Shown: one piece after another, positions 13,043 to 26,400 of the stretch | How the letters are laid out: each line of letters begins with the position of its first letter | Position numbering within the stretch: the first letter of the stretch is position 1 | Origin: Macrostomum hystrix | Lineage: Eukaryota; Animalia; Platyhelminthes | Direction of reading: 5' to 3' | NCBI GenBank assembly: GCA_950097015.1 | Contig: CATNEN010000001.1 | Coordinates: forward strand, 3,906,001 to 3,970,000 | Length of the DNA stretch: 64,000 bases | Translations under genes and position numbers: made by a program | The notes under the pieces: generated by a model | Databases searched by the model: none | The model's input: the letters and a program-made list of their open reading frames with translations, nothing else | Told to the model about the DNA's origin: nothing

Positions 13043-14050
13043 GAGCTTCAAGCACACCACCGAACAGTTGTTAAGCCAAATGTGCCTCCCAATGCACTTT
13101 TAGCAGGCTAGCAACCGCGTACCAGACACCCGTAGCAATCTACACAAAAATATGCGCAAGCTGGCGCCAGCAACGCACACATGGCGTTAGGTCGGGAATA
13201 CGCCTCGCAGACTCTGATGGCGCGCGAGTTTTACATTTCCCAACGAACAGAAAAATCCACAAAAAAGCTGTCGACTCCTAGAATGGCAACTCTGCGCTAT
13301 AGTTTTTGGTTCCGCTGTTGCTTCTGGTATAGAGAACCAGAGTGGCTTTATCCCCCCCCCTACATTCGTCGCTAATGTGGGACGACAGCTATAGGCTGGA
13401 TTTGATCTTAACCGGGGCCTGCATCTGAAATCCCAAATTTTACTAATCCTGTTTTTTTGCTCGTCTACACTATGGGAGGGATTTTTGTGGGGGAAGTTTT
13501 CCCCCCACGCTATATTGCTCAATAGTTGGGTCCTAATTCTCTCCCAAGCGATCGATCGATGCGCCTCGTGAGCACGGCGCTATTCTCAAACTGTCCCTTC
13601 CCACATATTTACTTCCCCTTGACGAAATTTAATAGTCTCCTAACAGAGGACTAGCTGCTATTGGCTGCTGGCCTCGCCATCTTATCTTGTCTCTGGCGCC
13701 AACCTCAAGTCCGTCAGTCCAGTATAGCTCATACTCTACCATGGAGTATTCGATTTCCAATCAGAAACGGCTGGCTGCACTGCAGAACTCCACATAGAAA
13801 TCTGCATTACGACATTTCACCCGCGCGCTCACATCCGAATTGGGCTTGAGTGAATCGACCTACCGCTCATTTCTCGTGTCTAGCTTTGATCTTGCCGACT
13901 AATAATGACTTGAATTGTTATGGCTATTGAGAAAATGCTAAATACGAGCTAATTGTAGAAAATGGACTCAGATTAGGGGTCAGCAAAAGCCTTATAAACC
14001 AAGTGGCCAGCGAACAGAATACGGATTATGCCAGCTGAAAGACGATTTAA

Positions 14051-14505
14051 GAGAGAGATGAAACACGGGAGAGATGAAACACGGGAGAGATGAAACACGG
14101 GAGAGATGAAACACGGGAGAGATGAAACACGGGAGAGATGAAACACGGGAAGAGATGAGACACGGGGAGAGATGAGACAGGGGAGAGATGAGACACGGCG
14201 AGAGATGAGACACGGGGAGAGATGAGACACTGGAGAGATGAGACACGGGAAAGATGAGACAGGGGAGAGATGAGACACGGGGAGAGATGAGACACTGGAG
14301 AGATGAGACACGGGAAAGATGAGACAGGGGAGAGATGAGACACGGCGAGAGATGAGACACGGGGAGAGATGAGACACGGGAAGAGATGAGACACGGGGAG
14401 AGATGAGACACGGGAAGAGATGAGACACGGGGAGAGATGAGACACGGGGAGAGATGAGACACGGCGAGAGATGAGACACGGGGAGAGATAAGATACCGGA
14501 AAGAT
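14051..14505. repeat. 17-19-bp minisatellite (gagagatgagacacggg)
   Basis: Tandem copies; a reverse-complement relative lies at 26480-26912. Confidence 0.93.
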
Positions 14506-15304
14506 GAAGGAGGAAGGGGGAGAAAGGCTCAGAAGAATGGGAGAAGAGTTAAGAAAAGATCGGGTGAAAATTTATAGATAAAGTTGAACCAAGAAAGTTT
14601 TTACACGTTAAGCTAGGCGTTTGGGTATTGGCTATTTCAGTATATGACAGCAACTTCACTTTAGTGAATAGTTTTTTAAGAGAAGCTGTGTTTGACTAGA
14701 ACTCAACGAGTGTGTTTGGATTACATTTAAAAAAAAATAGTGCTTTAGAAATAACTATTAACTCGACTTCACTTGAAAATAATGTTTTCAGGTGGCCAAA
14801 TATACGATTTTAATATTTAAAGTACTGTATCTTCGTGATACCAAATAAAAGAACATTTGAGATCCCAAATAATAATCTGAGGATCTCAAAAACAAAATCC
14901 TGAATTTTGATTCATAGCAGAGCAACTGAAAGATCCCAGGATACCAAGCACTGAAGAGTTTGGTCCCAAAAAACGGAATATTATATTAAGAATATTCCCG
15001 TATCTAATAATCCCAAATTTCAAACATTCCCAGCGCGTTAAATGAAAGCCATTGCGACTGCAGAATGCACAGGCACGTTAAAGGGATGCGATTTCCCCCG
15101 CAGTTCTGATTATTCCTAAGCAATAATTTTCGTCGAAGCACCTTGGCAAACTGAGCACTCAAGATTGAGACTGCAATCGTGAGTGCCATTCTAGCGAGGT
15201 GTTGGGAAGTGGTCTGGTGAGTTATTAATTATTCATTCGCACATCTGAACCTACGTACTCGTATATATCATCACATCTTTATTCAATACTTTAAACACTT
15301 TCTC

Positions 15305-15305
<1 letters not shown>

Positions 15306-15341
<36 letters not shown>

Positions 15342-15350
15342 CAGATAGAT
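15306..15350. repeat. (GATA)n microsatellite
   Basis: Direct reading. Confidence 0.9.
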
Positions 15351-15859
15351 CGATTGAAGGAAGTGTCTATTCCTGTTACACTTGCAGCAGGTGGCCAACT
15401 AGCAGATGAATAGTTTATTAGGTCGCTATCCGTAAAGAAAATCTATCAATATTAGATTAGAGTTATCAAATTTCTGATCCAATGCTCAGTACCGACTGAA
15501 TTCTTATTAAATTTTCTCGCAAATTATACGGATAGGATAGGTCGTTGCCTGATTTATGCTCATAATTTCTCTCCCCTTTTCGGCGTTAACGAAGAACACA
15601 GTGCAGCACTGCCAGTTGCTATGGAGCTGGGGAGCTGGTCGCAGCCAGCGAAGCGAGATTATTGGGTTTCGGCATTTCAGAGACATCTCGTTAATCAGAT
15701 CAGCCGGGATTTTTTTTATCTCCGTTTCGCTGAGTACTCGGTCCAGGGGGAGGGAAGGGGAGAGTGAAAGTGATGCGCCAGAGTCTTCTGAGTCCCAAAG
15801 TTGAGTATAGCTTTTACTGTAGTTTATGGGACACAGTTTTTGTACTTCCGCCTTTCACT

Positions 15860-16288
15860 TTTTTCCCATTTCTCCACCTTCAGCTTTCTTCCCACTTCTC
15901 CACCTTCAGCTTTCTTCCCACTTCTCCACCTTCAACTTTCTTCCCACTTCTCCACCTTCAACTTTCTTCCCACTTCTCCACCTTCAACTTTCTTCCCACT
16001 TCTCCACCTTCAACTTTCTTCCCATTTCTCCACCTTCAACTTTCTTCCCACTTCTCCACCTTCAGCTTTCTTCCCACTTCTCCACCTTCAACTTTCTTCC
16101 CACTTCTCCACCTTCAACTTTCTTCCCACTTCTCCACCTTCAACTTTCTTCCCACTTCTCCACCTTCAACTTTCTTCCCATTTCTCCACCTTCAACTTTC
16201 TTCCCACTTCTCCACCTTCAACTTTCTTCCCATTTTTCCACCTTCAACTTTCTTCCCATTTCTCCGCCTTCAACTTTCTTCCCACTTC
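15860..16288. repeat. 26-bp pyrimidine-rich minisatellite (ttctccaccttcaactttcttcccac)
   Basis: Tandem copies. Confidence 0.94.
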
Positions 16289-18013
16289 AGCTGTTATCCC
16301 ATCATCCCTCAGTATATCAGCTGTTATCCCATTATCCTTCAGTACATCAGCTGTTATCCCTTAATCCTTCAGTACATCAGCTGTTATCCCATTATCCTTC
16401 AGTACATCAGCTGTTATCCCATAATCCTTCAGTACATCAGCTGTTATCCCATCATCCCTCAGTATATCAGCTGTTATCCCATCATACGTTAGTACATCAG
16501 CTGTTATCCCATCATACCTCAGTATATCAGCTGTTATCCCATAATCCTTCAGTACATCAGCTGTTATCCCATCATCCTTCAGTACATCAGCTGTTATCCC
16601 ATTATCCTTCAGTACATCAGCTGTTATCCCATAATCCTTCAGTACATCAGCTGTTATCCCATCATCCCTCAGTATATCAGCTGTTATCCCATCATACGTT
16701 AGTACATCAACTGTTATCCCATCATACCTCAGTACATCAGCTGTTATCCCATAATCCTTCAGTACATCAGCTGTTATCCCATAATCCTTCAGTACATCAG
16801 CTGTTATCCCATAATCCTTCAGTACATCAGCTGTTATCCCATCATCCTTCAGTACATCAGCTGTTATCCCATTATCCTTCAGTACATCAGCTGTTATCCC
16901 ATTATCCTTCAGTACATCAGCTGTTATCCCATTATCCTTCAGTACATCAGCTGTTATCCCATTATCCTTCAGTACATCAGCTGTTATCCCATAATCCTTC
17001 AGTACATCAGCTGTTATCCCATAATCCTTCAGTACATCAGCTGTTATCCCATAATCCTTCAGTACATCAGCTGTTATCCCATTGTCCTTCAGTACATCAG
17101 CTGTTATCCCATTGTCCTTCAGTACATCAGCTGTTATCCCATCATCCTTCAGTTCATCAGCTGTTATCCCATTATCCTTCAGTACATCAGCTGTTATCCC
17201 ATTATCCTTCAGTACATCAGCTGTTATCCCATTATCCTTCAGTACATCAGCTGTTATCCCATTATCCTTCAGTACATCAGCTGTTATCCCATCATCCCTC
17301 AGTATATCAGCTGTTATCCCATCATACGTTAGTACATCAGCTGTTATCCCATCATACCTCAGTATATCAGCTGTTATCCCATAATCCTTCAGTACATCAG
17401 CTGTTATCCCATCATCCTTCAGTACATCAGCTGTTATCCCATTATCCTTCAGTACATCAGCTGTTATCCCATAATCCTTCAGTACATCAGCTGTTATCCC
17501 ATCATCCCTCAGTATATCAGCTGTTATCCCATCATACGTTAGTACATCAACTGTTATCCCATCATACCTCAGTACATCAGCTGTTATCCCATAATCCTTC
17601 AGTACATCAGCTGTTATCCCATAATCCTTCAGTACATCAGCTGTTATCCCATAATCCTTCAGTACATCAGCTGTTATCCCATTGTCCTTCAGTACATCAG
17701 CTGTTATCCCATCATCCTTCAGTACATCAGCTGTTATCCCATAATCCTTCAGTACATCAGCTGCTATCCCATTATCCTTCAGTACATCAGCTGTTATCCC
17801 ATTATCCTTCAGTACATCAGCTGCTATCCCATAATCCTTCAGTACATCAGCTGCTATCCCATTATCCTTCAGTACATCAGCTGTTATCCCATTATCCTTC
17901 AGTACATCAGCTGCTATCCCATAATCCTTCAGTACATCAGCTGCTATCCCATTATCCTTCAGTACATCAGCTGTTATCCCATAATCCTTCAGTACATCAG
18001 CTGTTATCCCATC
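16289..18013. repeat. 30-bp minisatellite (ctgttatcccattatccttcagtacatcag) with higher-order structure
   Basis: About 57 units in exact 30-bp register. Confidence 0.97.
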
Positions 18014-18779
18014 TTATCTGTCGCACAAAGCGACTCGCAAGAGAGCTCGGTGTCAAAAAGTGAAAAGTGAAACCATTTTTATTAGCGTGCTCAAGTTCTC
18101 CTGGGTTTTACAGCTTTCCGTAAATGGAAAGCTAGAATTGACAAGGAACAAAAAGCCTGTACAAAGCTGTGCAACAAGTTACATATAGGAGCAAAGTTAA
18201 AACAAGCAGATTATATCACTTAAGAACCGTCCCATGATCCTCTTTAGGCTCAAAGCCAGAAATGTTTCTAAAAGTAGCAACAACCAATTAAGACAACAGT
18301 CTCGACAATGCAGTAAATAAGCCCGTGTTTTACAGTTCAGCAGAGCATTGTGACATTACTTATAAAGGAAGAAAAATAAACCAGAAAAGCAAAGTATGTT
18401 AAAAGTTAATAGTAGAACAATTACACCAATAGGAGAAGGTCAGGAAACCACATTTCTAAGAAAAAATGATTAAGAGGCCAGCTTTCGTTTAAAACATTTC
18501 TGAAAAGTGCTTGGCGGCTTTGTTCTGCTTGGAGCTGTTCGATTTGTTTCCTATTTTATAGCTTCATCGGTTTCTGTCAAGCTTTATTTGTGTAAATATC
18601 GATTTAACAATATTTTTTTCATTTGTCTTCACGTCCTAATGTACCTAAAATAAAAAACGACAAGGAAACTAGCTTTTAAATGAAAAAAAGTGAAAAGCCT
18701 CCCAAACGTTTTCTAAGAAACACAGTCTCCCATCCAGGTAAGCCAGTGGTCCTTTTAAGGTCAGCAAATGTTGATCGCC

Positions 18780-20345
18780 TCACATTCGACAGCCAACCCA
18801 TTCGGCTTGCGCAATCAGTATGACGTCATCCACCAGATCCTTGCTGTACTCTTCGATATCTTTAGCGCTAATTGGAGCCGATGCTTCGGGCGAGATTCCG
18901 TCATCTTTGCCACCAGAGACGGCTGATATGTCAGTGCCGACGGCGCCATTCTGATCCTCGACTTCGGGATCTTCGTCTCGAAGCGCTCGAACCCAGGCCG
19001 CCAGTTTCGTCACAGCACCGGCGGTCGGCTCGCAGAATCGGCGCACAAACTCGTCGTCCAACGGTTGCGGCTCGGCGTTGGCCAGCGGTCGACGCCGGCG
19101 GCACTCGGTCATGGCGCACGCCCCGTCGAAGTCGACAAAGCAGAGACGCAGGGTGAGCTCGCCGGACGGCCTGTCGAAGGCCCCGGCGCACGGCAGCAGG
19201 GCCAAACCCAGCTCTGCTAGAAGACGCTCGCACAGTTGCTCACCTGTGGTCACGCCCTCGTTAGCCAGGTGTTCTCGCACAGGCTCAAAGTCAACCAGCA
19301 GACTGTAGCCAGCCTGCGGCTCAGTCGCCAGCAGTCCGACGTCGCGCAGACGTTTATAAGCGAATGACGCAATCGCGGCCAATACTCGCCGACTATGCCG
19401 CATGTAGGCGTTAGCCGAGTGCAGATCGTGCAGCAGTCGAACGGCCGCGAATTGAGCCGGGGTCGGGGCGCAGGCGAAGGTGTGCGAGGCGGCGCTGACA
19501 ACCGCCAACCGGAGCTCGGCTAGCTCCTCTGGAAACAGGGCGTAGCCTAGCCGCCAGCCGCCCAGGCTGGCCCACTTTGACAATCCGCTAATCACTACGG
19601 TGCCCTCCGAATAGTAGCTGGCCAACGAGTAGAATTCGTCTTCAAAGTGCAGCCTAGCGTAGACTTCGTCGCATACGACAATGTAGGCATTGCTGCGCAG
19701 ATAGCTGGCCAGAGATTCGAGCTCCTTGCGCGAGTAGGACAGCCCGGTGGGATTGTCCGGATTGCACATCACCAGAAGCTTCGGCTGTTGAGAATCAGCT
19801 CCGGCTGCGCGTCCGGCTCTATCTAAGACGTCGCAGTTGAGCTTCCAGTCGCTGTTGGACGACAGCGGGACCTGCCAGTGGCGCCGCTTAGCCTGACGAC
19901 CGCAGCTCAACGCTGCCTGAGCGGCATAGGCCGGCCAGGCTGGCGTGGGCACGAAAACTGGCCCGTCGAACACCAGGCTGATGAGGAAAGCCATCTGTCT
20001 GGCGCCCGGTCCGACGACCACGTCGCGCAATGTAAAATGCTCGAAGCCGTCGTATTGTTCGTGAAATTCCACCAGCATCTGGCGCAGCTCCTCCAAGCCG
20101 GGAGTCGGCAGGTAGTGACAGGCGTCAGCGAATTGGCGCAGGGCTTGTACACCGGACTCCAAGGGCGGGAATGGCGACTGTCCGAAGGCCAGGTTGACCA
20201 CCGGTTCGCCAGTCTGTTGCCTTCTAAGCAATTCGACGCTGGTTGAGAGCTTCGCCGCGGGGCTGCTCAGCTGGGACAGCGGGACAGACAGCGGCGTTGG
20301 CAGCTGCTGATGCTGCTGCTGATCCTCAGATGATGAAATTGACAT
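18780..20345 (-). CDS. PLP-dependent class I/II aminotransferase (aspartate aminotransferase-like), single coding exon
   Basis: Motifs NLAFGQSPF, GLEELR, CNPDNPTG, DEVY, SGLSKWASLGGWRLG (PLP lysine) and LRLCF. The start is probably MSISSS at 20345; the ORF is open to 20471. Confidence 0.88.
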   Translation of the reverse strand: MSISSSEDQQQHQQLPTPLSVPLSQLSSPAAKLSTSVELLRRQQTGEPVVNLAFGQSPFPPLESGVQALRQFADACHYLPTPGLEELRQMLVEFHEQYDGFEHFTLRDVVVGPGARQMAFLISLVFDGPVFVPTPAWPAYAAQAALSCGRQAKRRHWQVPLSSNSDWKLNCDVLDRAGRAAGADSQQPKLLVMCNPDNPTGLSYSRKELESLASYLRSNAYIVVCDEVYARLHFEDEFYSLASYYSEGTVVISGLSKWASLGGWRLGYALFPEELAELRLAVVSAASHTFACAPTPAQFAAVRLLHDLHSANAYMRHSRRVLAAIASFAYKRLRDVGLLATEPQAGYSLLVDFEPVREHLANEGVTTGEQLCERLLAELGLALLPCAGAFDRPSGELTLRLCFVDFDGACAMTECRRRRPLANAEPQPLDDEFVRRFCEPTAGAVTKLAAWVRALRDEDPEVEDQNGAVGTDISAVSGGKDDGISPEASAPISAKDIEEYSKDLVDDVILIAQAEWVGCRM

Positions 20346-21149
20346 CTTCTGAGTCTGTGGGGGTCGGTTTGAGACGCTCTGAAGTTTGCTATGATTGGGA
20401 TTAGGAGCAACACAAATTGTAGGATCAGGGAGATTAATGGCTGATACACAGAAAGATAATACATAATACATAATACATTATGCAGGAGTGCTGTGGGCAC
20501 TGCCACAACCCGCAGCCAGCGAGGAGGCAACTCTGATGTTCACTGGCAGATTAAACTAATCACTGAAATGACTAAACTATATAATATGAATGTATGCGGC
20601 CTCGCCGCGGAATCGAGCTCAGGCACCTTGGTACGAGAGGCAAACGCGTTAGATCGATCTGATCCAATATTGAAGGATATGGAATGACTAGACTCAGTCA
20701 CTGAGTACCACTTACCAGTTATTTAGCGACTTTAGCGAAATCGGAAGCTTTCAATTGTTGAGCAGAATGTGATTCAAATAAAATAAGCTGCTTGTCACTA
20801 TGGAACTAAGCCTAAATGACTTGGGGGAAAATGGCTGCACTATTTATAATCATCTTCATTTTCATGGCCAGTCTAGTGTACTAGAGGCAGGCATCAGGCT
20901 TAAGGTAAAGAGATGAAGTCAATCCCCATTGGTTGGAGTCGCATAGACTGCTAGACGCTGGCCGATGCTAATGTACACTTGATAGGCTTCACACTCCGTG
21001 CAATGGATGCCGCTTTGGAGACAGATGGAGTGTTTCCTATCAGACAATGTCAAAAACACTCCTTACTAACTTGTCCTTTGGTGACTAGGTCAATTCTTGT
21101 CGAATTAAGACACATCAATAACTTCGATATAATCATATGTAAGGATGTA

Positions 21150-22065
21150 CGTCTAACAGGTCTGTGGCCGAATCTAACAGTTTATAACTGATGGTGTCTA
21201 ACAGGTCTGTGGCCGAATCTAACAGTTTATAACTGATGCTGTCTAACAGGTCTGTGACCGAATCAAACAGTTTATCACTGATGGTGTCTAACAGGTCTGT
21301 GACCGAATCTAACAGTTTATAACTGATGGTGTCTAACAGGTCTGTGACCGAATCTAACAGTTTATAACTGATGGTATCTAACAGGTCTGTGGCCGAATCT
21401 AACAGTTTATAACTGATGGTGTCTAACAGGTCTGTGACCGAATCAAACAGTTTATGACTGATGGTGTCTAACAGGTCTGTGACCGAATCTAACAGTTTTT
21501 CACTGATGGTGTCTAACAGGTCTGTGACCGAATCTAACAGTTTATAACTGATGCTGTCTAACAGGTCTGTGACCGAATCTAACAGTTTATAACTGATGCT
21601 GTCTAACAGGTCTGTGACCGAATCTAACAGTTTATAACTGATGCTGTCTAACAGGTCTGTGGCCGAATCTAACAGTTTATAATTGATGGTGTCTAACAGG
21701 TCTGTGACCGAATCTAACAGTTTATAACTGATGGTGTCTAACAGGTCTGTGACCGAATCTAACAGTTTATAACTGATGCTGTCTAACAGGTCTGTGACCG
21801 AATCTAACAGTTTATAACTGATGCTGTCTAACAGGTCTGTGACCGAATCTAACAGTTTATAACTGATGGTGTCTAACAGGTCTGTGGCCGAATCTAACAG
21901 TTTATAACTGATGCTGTCTAACAGGTCTGTGACCGAATCTAACAGTTTATAACTGATGGTGTCTAACAGGTCTGTGGCCGAATCTAACAGTTTATAACTG
22001 GTGCTGTCTAACAGGTCTGTGGCCGAATCTAACAGTTTATAACTGATGCTGTCTAACAGGTCTGC
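21150..22065. repeat. 45-bp minisatellite (gtctaacaggtctgtgaccgaatctaacagtttataactgatggt)
   Basis: About 20 units, each made of two related tctaacag-containing halves. Confidence 0.96.
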
Positions 22066-22407
22066 AGTTTCTGACAATTTCTCTTTTGAATAAGTGCAAA
22101 CGAAAATTCAGAACTTTTTACAATTTTTATTTTCAATGTTTTTTCTGGCAATTATCATTGATAAGGGCACCGAGATAGCAGAGTATATTTTAGGATATCG
22201 AATTCTTGTCTGGAAAGCAGGGGGGAGTATGCCAGAAAATTGATAATCAACGCTTTTTTATTTGAAGTCAGCATTACTTTGGAGACAAAGCGATAATAAA
22301 AAAACTTACTGTATAATTGAAGAATTAATAATTTAACTTTTCTCTTACACATGAAACAACCAGTATTAAACCATTTTTCTAAGTAACCTAACGTGAACCA
22401 AAACAAT

Positions 22408-23336
22408 AAGATTGACCCATCTAGACAATATTTTAGATCATTGACCCATCTAGACAATATTTTAGACCCTTGACCCATCTAGACAATGTTTTAAGATCCT
22501 TGACTCATCTAGACAATGTTTTAGATCATTGACCCATCTAGACAATGTTTTAAGATCCTTGACCCATCTAGACAATGCCTTAAGATCCTTGACTCATCTA
22601 GACAATGTTTTAGACCTTGACCCATCTAGACAATGCTTTAAGATCCTTGACTCATCTAGACAATGTTTTAGACCTTAACCCATCAAGACAATGTTTTAGA
22701 TCATTGACCCATCTAGACAATGTTTTAGATCATTGACCCATCTAGACAATGTTTTAGATCATTGACCCATCTAGACAATGTTTTAGATCATTGACCCATC
22801 TAGACAATGTTTTAGATCATTGACCCATCTAGACAATGTTTCGATCATTGACCCATCTAGACAATGTTTTAGGACCTTGACCCATCTAGACAATGTTTTA
22901 GATCCTTGACCCATCTAGACAATGTTTTAGATTCTTGACCCATCTAGACAATATTTTAGATCCTTGACCCATCTAGACAATGTTTTAGATTCTTGACCCA
23001 TCTAGACAATATTTTAGATCCTTGACCCATCTAGACAATATTTAGATCATTGACCCCATCTAGACAATGTTTTAGATCCTTGACCCATCTAGACAATGTT
23101 TTAGATTCTTGACCCATCTAGACAATATTTTAGATCCTTGACCCATCTAGACAATATTTTAGATCCTTGACCCCATCTAGACAATGTTTTAGATCCTTGA
23201 CCCATCTAGACAATGTTTTAGATCCTTGACCCATCTAGACAATGTTTTTGATCCTTGACCCATCTAGACAATATTTTAGATCCTTGACCCATCTAGACAA
23301 TGGTTTAGATATTTGACCCATCTAGACAATGATTTA
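22408..23336. repeat. ~30-bp minisatellite (ttgacccatctagacaatgttttagatcc)
   Basis: Tandem copies. Confidence 0.95.
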
Positions 23337-23445
23337 GTAAGTTTACCAACTTAGTCAAACATAAAAAAAACTAAATTAGTTAATTTGTTTATTAGTCAAA
23401 TTTGTTAATTAGTTTATAGTCTTTATTTATCCAAATGATGCAAGA

Positions 23446-26400
23446 TCAAAACGGTGACTCTCCCTTGGCCAAAGCGATGATGTTAAAAGTTAGAGTGTCG
23501 GCCTGTCTAGCCATGAATTTCTGTGCTAGGCTGGCACAATCGGCTAGAAAGTCGGCCTCAGTTGTGTCACCGTGATTGACAGGTCCGTTGCGTCGGCCGT
23601 CAAATTCTAGAAGTTTTCCGCCGTGATGCAGAAGGGCAATGTAGTGTAGGTTAGTGCGAGATTCCCTGTCCGGGGCTGTCTGGCCCTCTGTGGCGGCCGA
23701 CTCGTGAGCAGTGCTCAAACCCTACAAAATCGAAGCAAATTTACGCTTATCTGTCAATTAATTTAATAGGATAAACTTAAATAATCAATAATATACTTTA
23801 ATAACCCTACTTAAAGTAGTCTAGTTTTGATATTTTTCCAAATCTCTAACTAATAACTGCCTCGCACCGTTGCGCCTCTCCTTCGTACACTGGCCGACGA
23901 AATAATCTTGGCTAGAAACTTCAAACGCGACTGTACCTCGTCTGACTCCAATATTTTAGCTCGCTCGTCCGGTGTTGAGTCCTTGGATTTGGCTAAGAAT
24001 TTGTCTAGGGTGGAGTCCGCTGCAATATATCAGGTGGGCATTTAGTTAGCATTGCTTTTGTCAGCCAAGTCGGGAATTAAATCATTTCACCTTGAGAATC
24101 CCCATTCACTGCAGTAGCAGCCGCTACCATAGAACTACACTCGACCATAGACAACCAACCAAGTAGAGAATTCAAGTAAAAAAACCAACCGAAGGTTAAT
24201 GGTTGCTGCAGGCATTTTTGTTTAGAATGCACGCTTAAATAAATGGCTTAACTCGATTAAGTATAGTCTATGGCCACAGGAGAGTGCAGTTCGGAATTCT
24301 CCACTTGATTAGCTTTTTTGTCAATGATCGAGTGTAGTTCTATGGCAGTAGCTGCTACTGCAGCGAATGGGTATTTTCAACATGACTGACTTATTATAGA
24401 CTTGGCTGACAAAAGCGATAGTTTATTGATCTGATGGTTGTGTAGGCACACTCACACAATATTGCACACATGCACTCACACTTTCTTCTCATCAGATCCA
24501 ATCCTAGTCAAGAATTTTAACTTTTTAAAGTAGTTTCTAGCTCCTGAAGAAATGCTTTCGTGCAGCGAGCTTTACTCTGAGCTCTGACAATGACATTCAG
24601 GATCATTGAATGGCGCATTGCTAGACTCCCTGGCGGTGTAGGGTCAAAGCCAAGCTTCTGGCTGCTTTCCAATATCAAATCTATCCGCATTTCGCATGCA
24701 CAAGTCTAGCAACTTGACTTCTCAATTTCATGGGTTTAATTTGCTAATATTCTTTTTTTGTGAGTGCATGCATGAGAATTCATATATATTATTTTATATT
24801 CTGCATGGAACTCTTATTAACAGTAGAACTGCCAAGGGGGGATTTCCCCCTCCCCCTGACAATTTTTTTGCTGCACCCGAACGGAACAATGCAAGCACAC
24901 GAAACTCAAGAACACGGGCCAACTTTTTGTTGCGCATCTTCCGAAACAAGAAACAAGTCGCCAGCTCTTCAGACCGTCGAGATATTCAATGTTTCTGGCC
25001 GAAGGTCTGATTTTTCGCATAAGAGCTAGTGTATTTCATACACCCCTATACACGAATTTGCACTGCGCCTCAGTGCGGCCTTTCCAGACCTTCAAACAGC
25101 ATGTCACCCGAATGTGCCTGCATCATCTCCGTCTTTGGTGGTCACCTACCTTTATCTAGACGGACTGCGGGACCTTCAGATGCAAAAAAATGTGGAAATA
25201 GGCCACCCTACGCGAATTTCTAAAATTTCACTGCTGAAGCCTAAATATTAGGCGCAGCTCAACTACAGTACACAATCGCCTAGCCTGTCAACCAATCAGT
25301 CACCACCCTACGCGGTTAACTTTCAGGCGCTGCCAAAAAAGTTTCTAAGGGGGGGAATTCCCCCCCCCCATTGGTATAAAAACGGGCGGCAAAATGGCTT
25401 GGTAGTCCTACTGTTAATAGGTTCTCCAAAATCATGACATTACTCGCCTGCACTCCTTGAACCAAATCCTGTACTTGTAACTATTGAGTTGTGATATCTA
25501 TAGGATGCAATAGATGTGTCATAGGTGTACAATAGCATATTTAAAACAAGCTTTTGTTTAGAATATAGATACATTTGATAACTCACTTTCAATCTTGAGC
25601 TGATTTCTATTATTAGCCAAGGCATGAATAAGGGCCACAGTGCCGCAGGCATTTGAAACTGTCTGTTTCATAAAGTAGACACCATTGTTGCCACTGCTAG
25701 GCAATAGTAGTTCACCAAATGGTTCAGACTCGGACTTCTCAGTGATAGGATAGACTAACAGTAGGCAGACAACTGGGCTAGGAAGCATAGCCAGCAACTC
25801 CTTATCTAGGGAGTACACATCCATGAAGTTCCATTCTGTAGACAGTCCAAGACTGTGAGCATACTTGTTCAGTACCTAAGTATGCATTGAATAGTTGTAG
25901 ATATTATATATTATTTACAATTGCATTGGTTTAAAATGAATCATACAACATACATAGTAATAAAACTATTGGTTTTGTCAGCCTAACTGAGAATCCTGCC
26001 TACGTTGACTGCGAAGGGCCTGGCTGCGTGCAGCCTTAGTCTATGGGCCATAGACAATAAAGGATAAGCAAAGTGATAAAAAGCCATCCAATGTGAGAAA
26101 CGATCGCTTTTTCTCTTTCCCCCAGCTCTCTCCACTCCTCCAAGCGCAACTCCTCCATCACTGCTTCTCCATCACCCACAGTCTCGTTGCTTTCTTGCCT
26201 ATTTATCCAACACTTAGAATTAACAGAGTTCAGTCTTCACCACTGCAATAAAAATACCCGCCTCATCTGTGGACCACCAGCGACTCATCGCGGCCATTGA
26301 AAATGGAAGCTCACTAAGGGAAGCAGCAGCCGTCCTGCAACTGCCTGTCCCAACTGCCTATAGAATTGCCCGTCAGCATCGCCTAGAACAGGGGTCGGCA

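Noticed and set aside
13050-13970. Short ORFs and CpG-richer unique sequence
   Set aside because: No recognisable motif, splice structure or termini.
15764-18063. 745-aa and overlapping ORFs
   Set aside because: Products of the 26- and 30-bp arrays; no domain or gene structure.
21133-22077. 314-aa 15-residue repeat protein (SVTDLLDTISYKLLD)
   Set aside because: Coincides exactly with the 45-bp array and starts at TTG. The amphipathic look is probably incidental; transcript evidence would be needed.
625-23336. Regular 20-45-bp repeat arrays as CRISPR arrays
   Set aside because: Units are head-to-tail with no unique spacers, there are no cas genes, and the context is eukaryotic.
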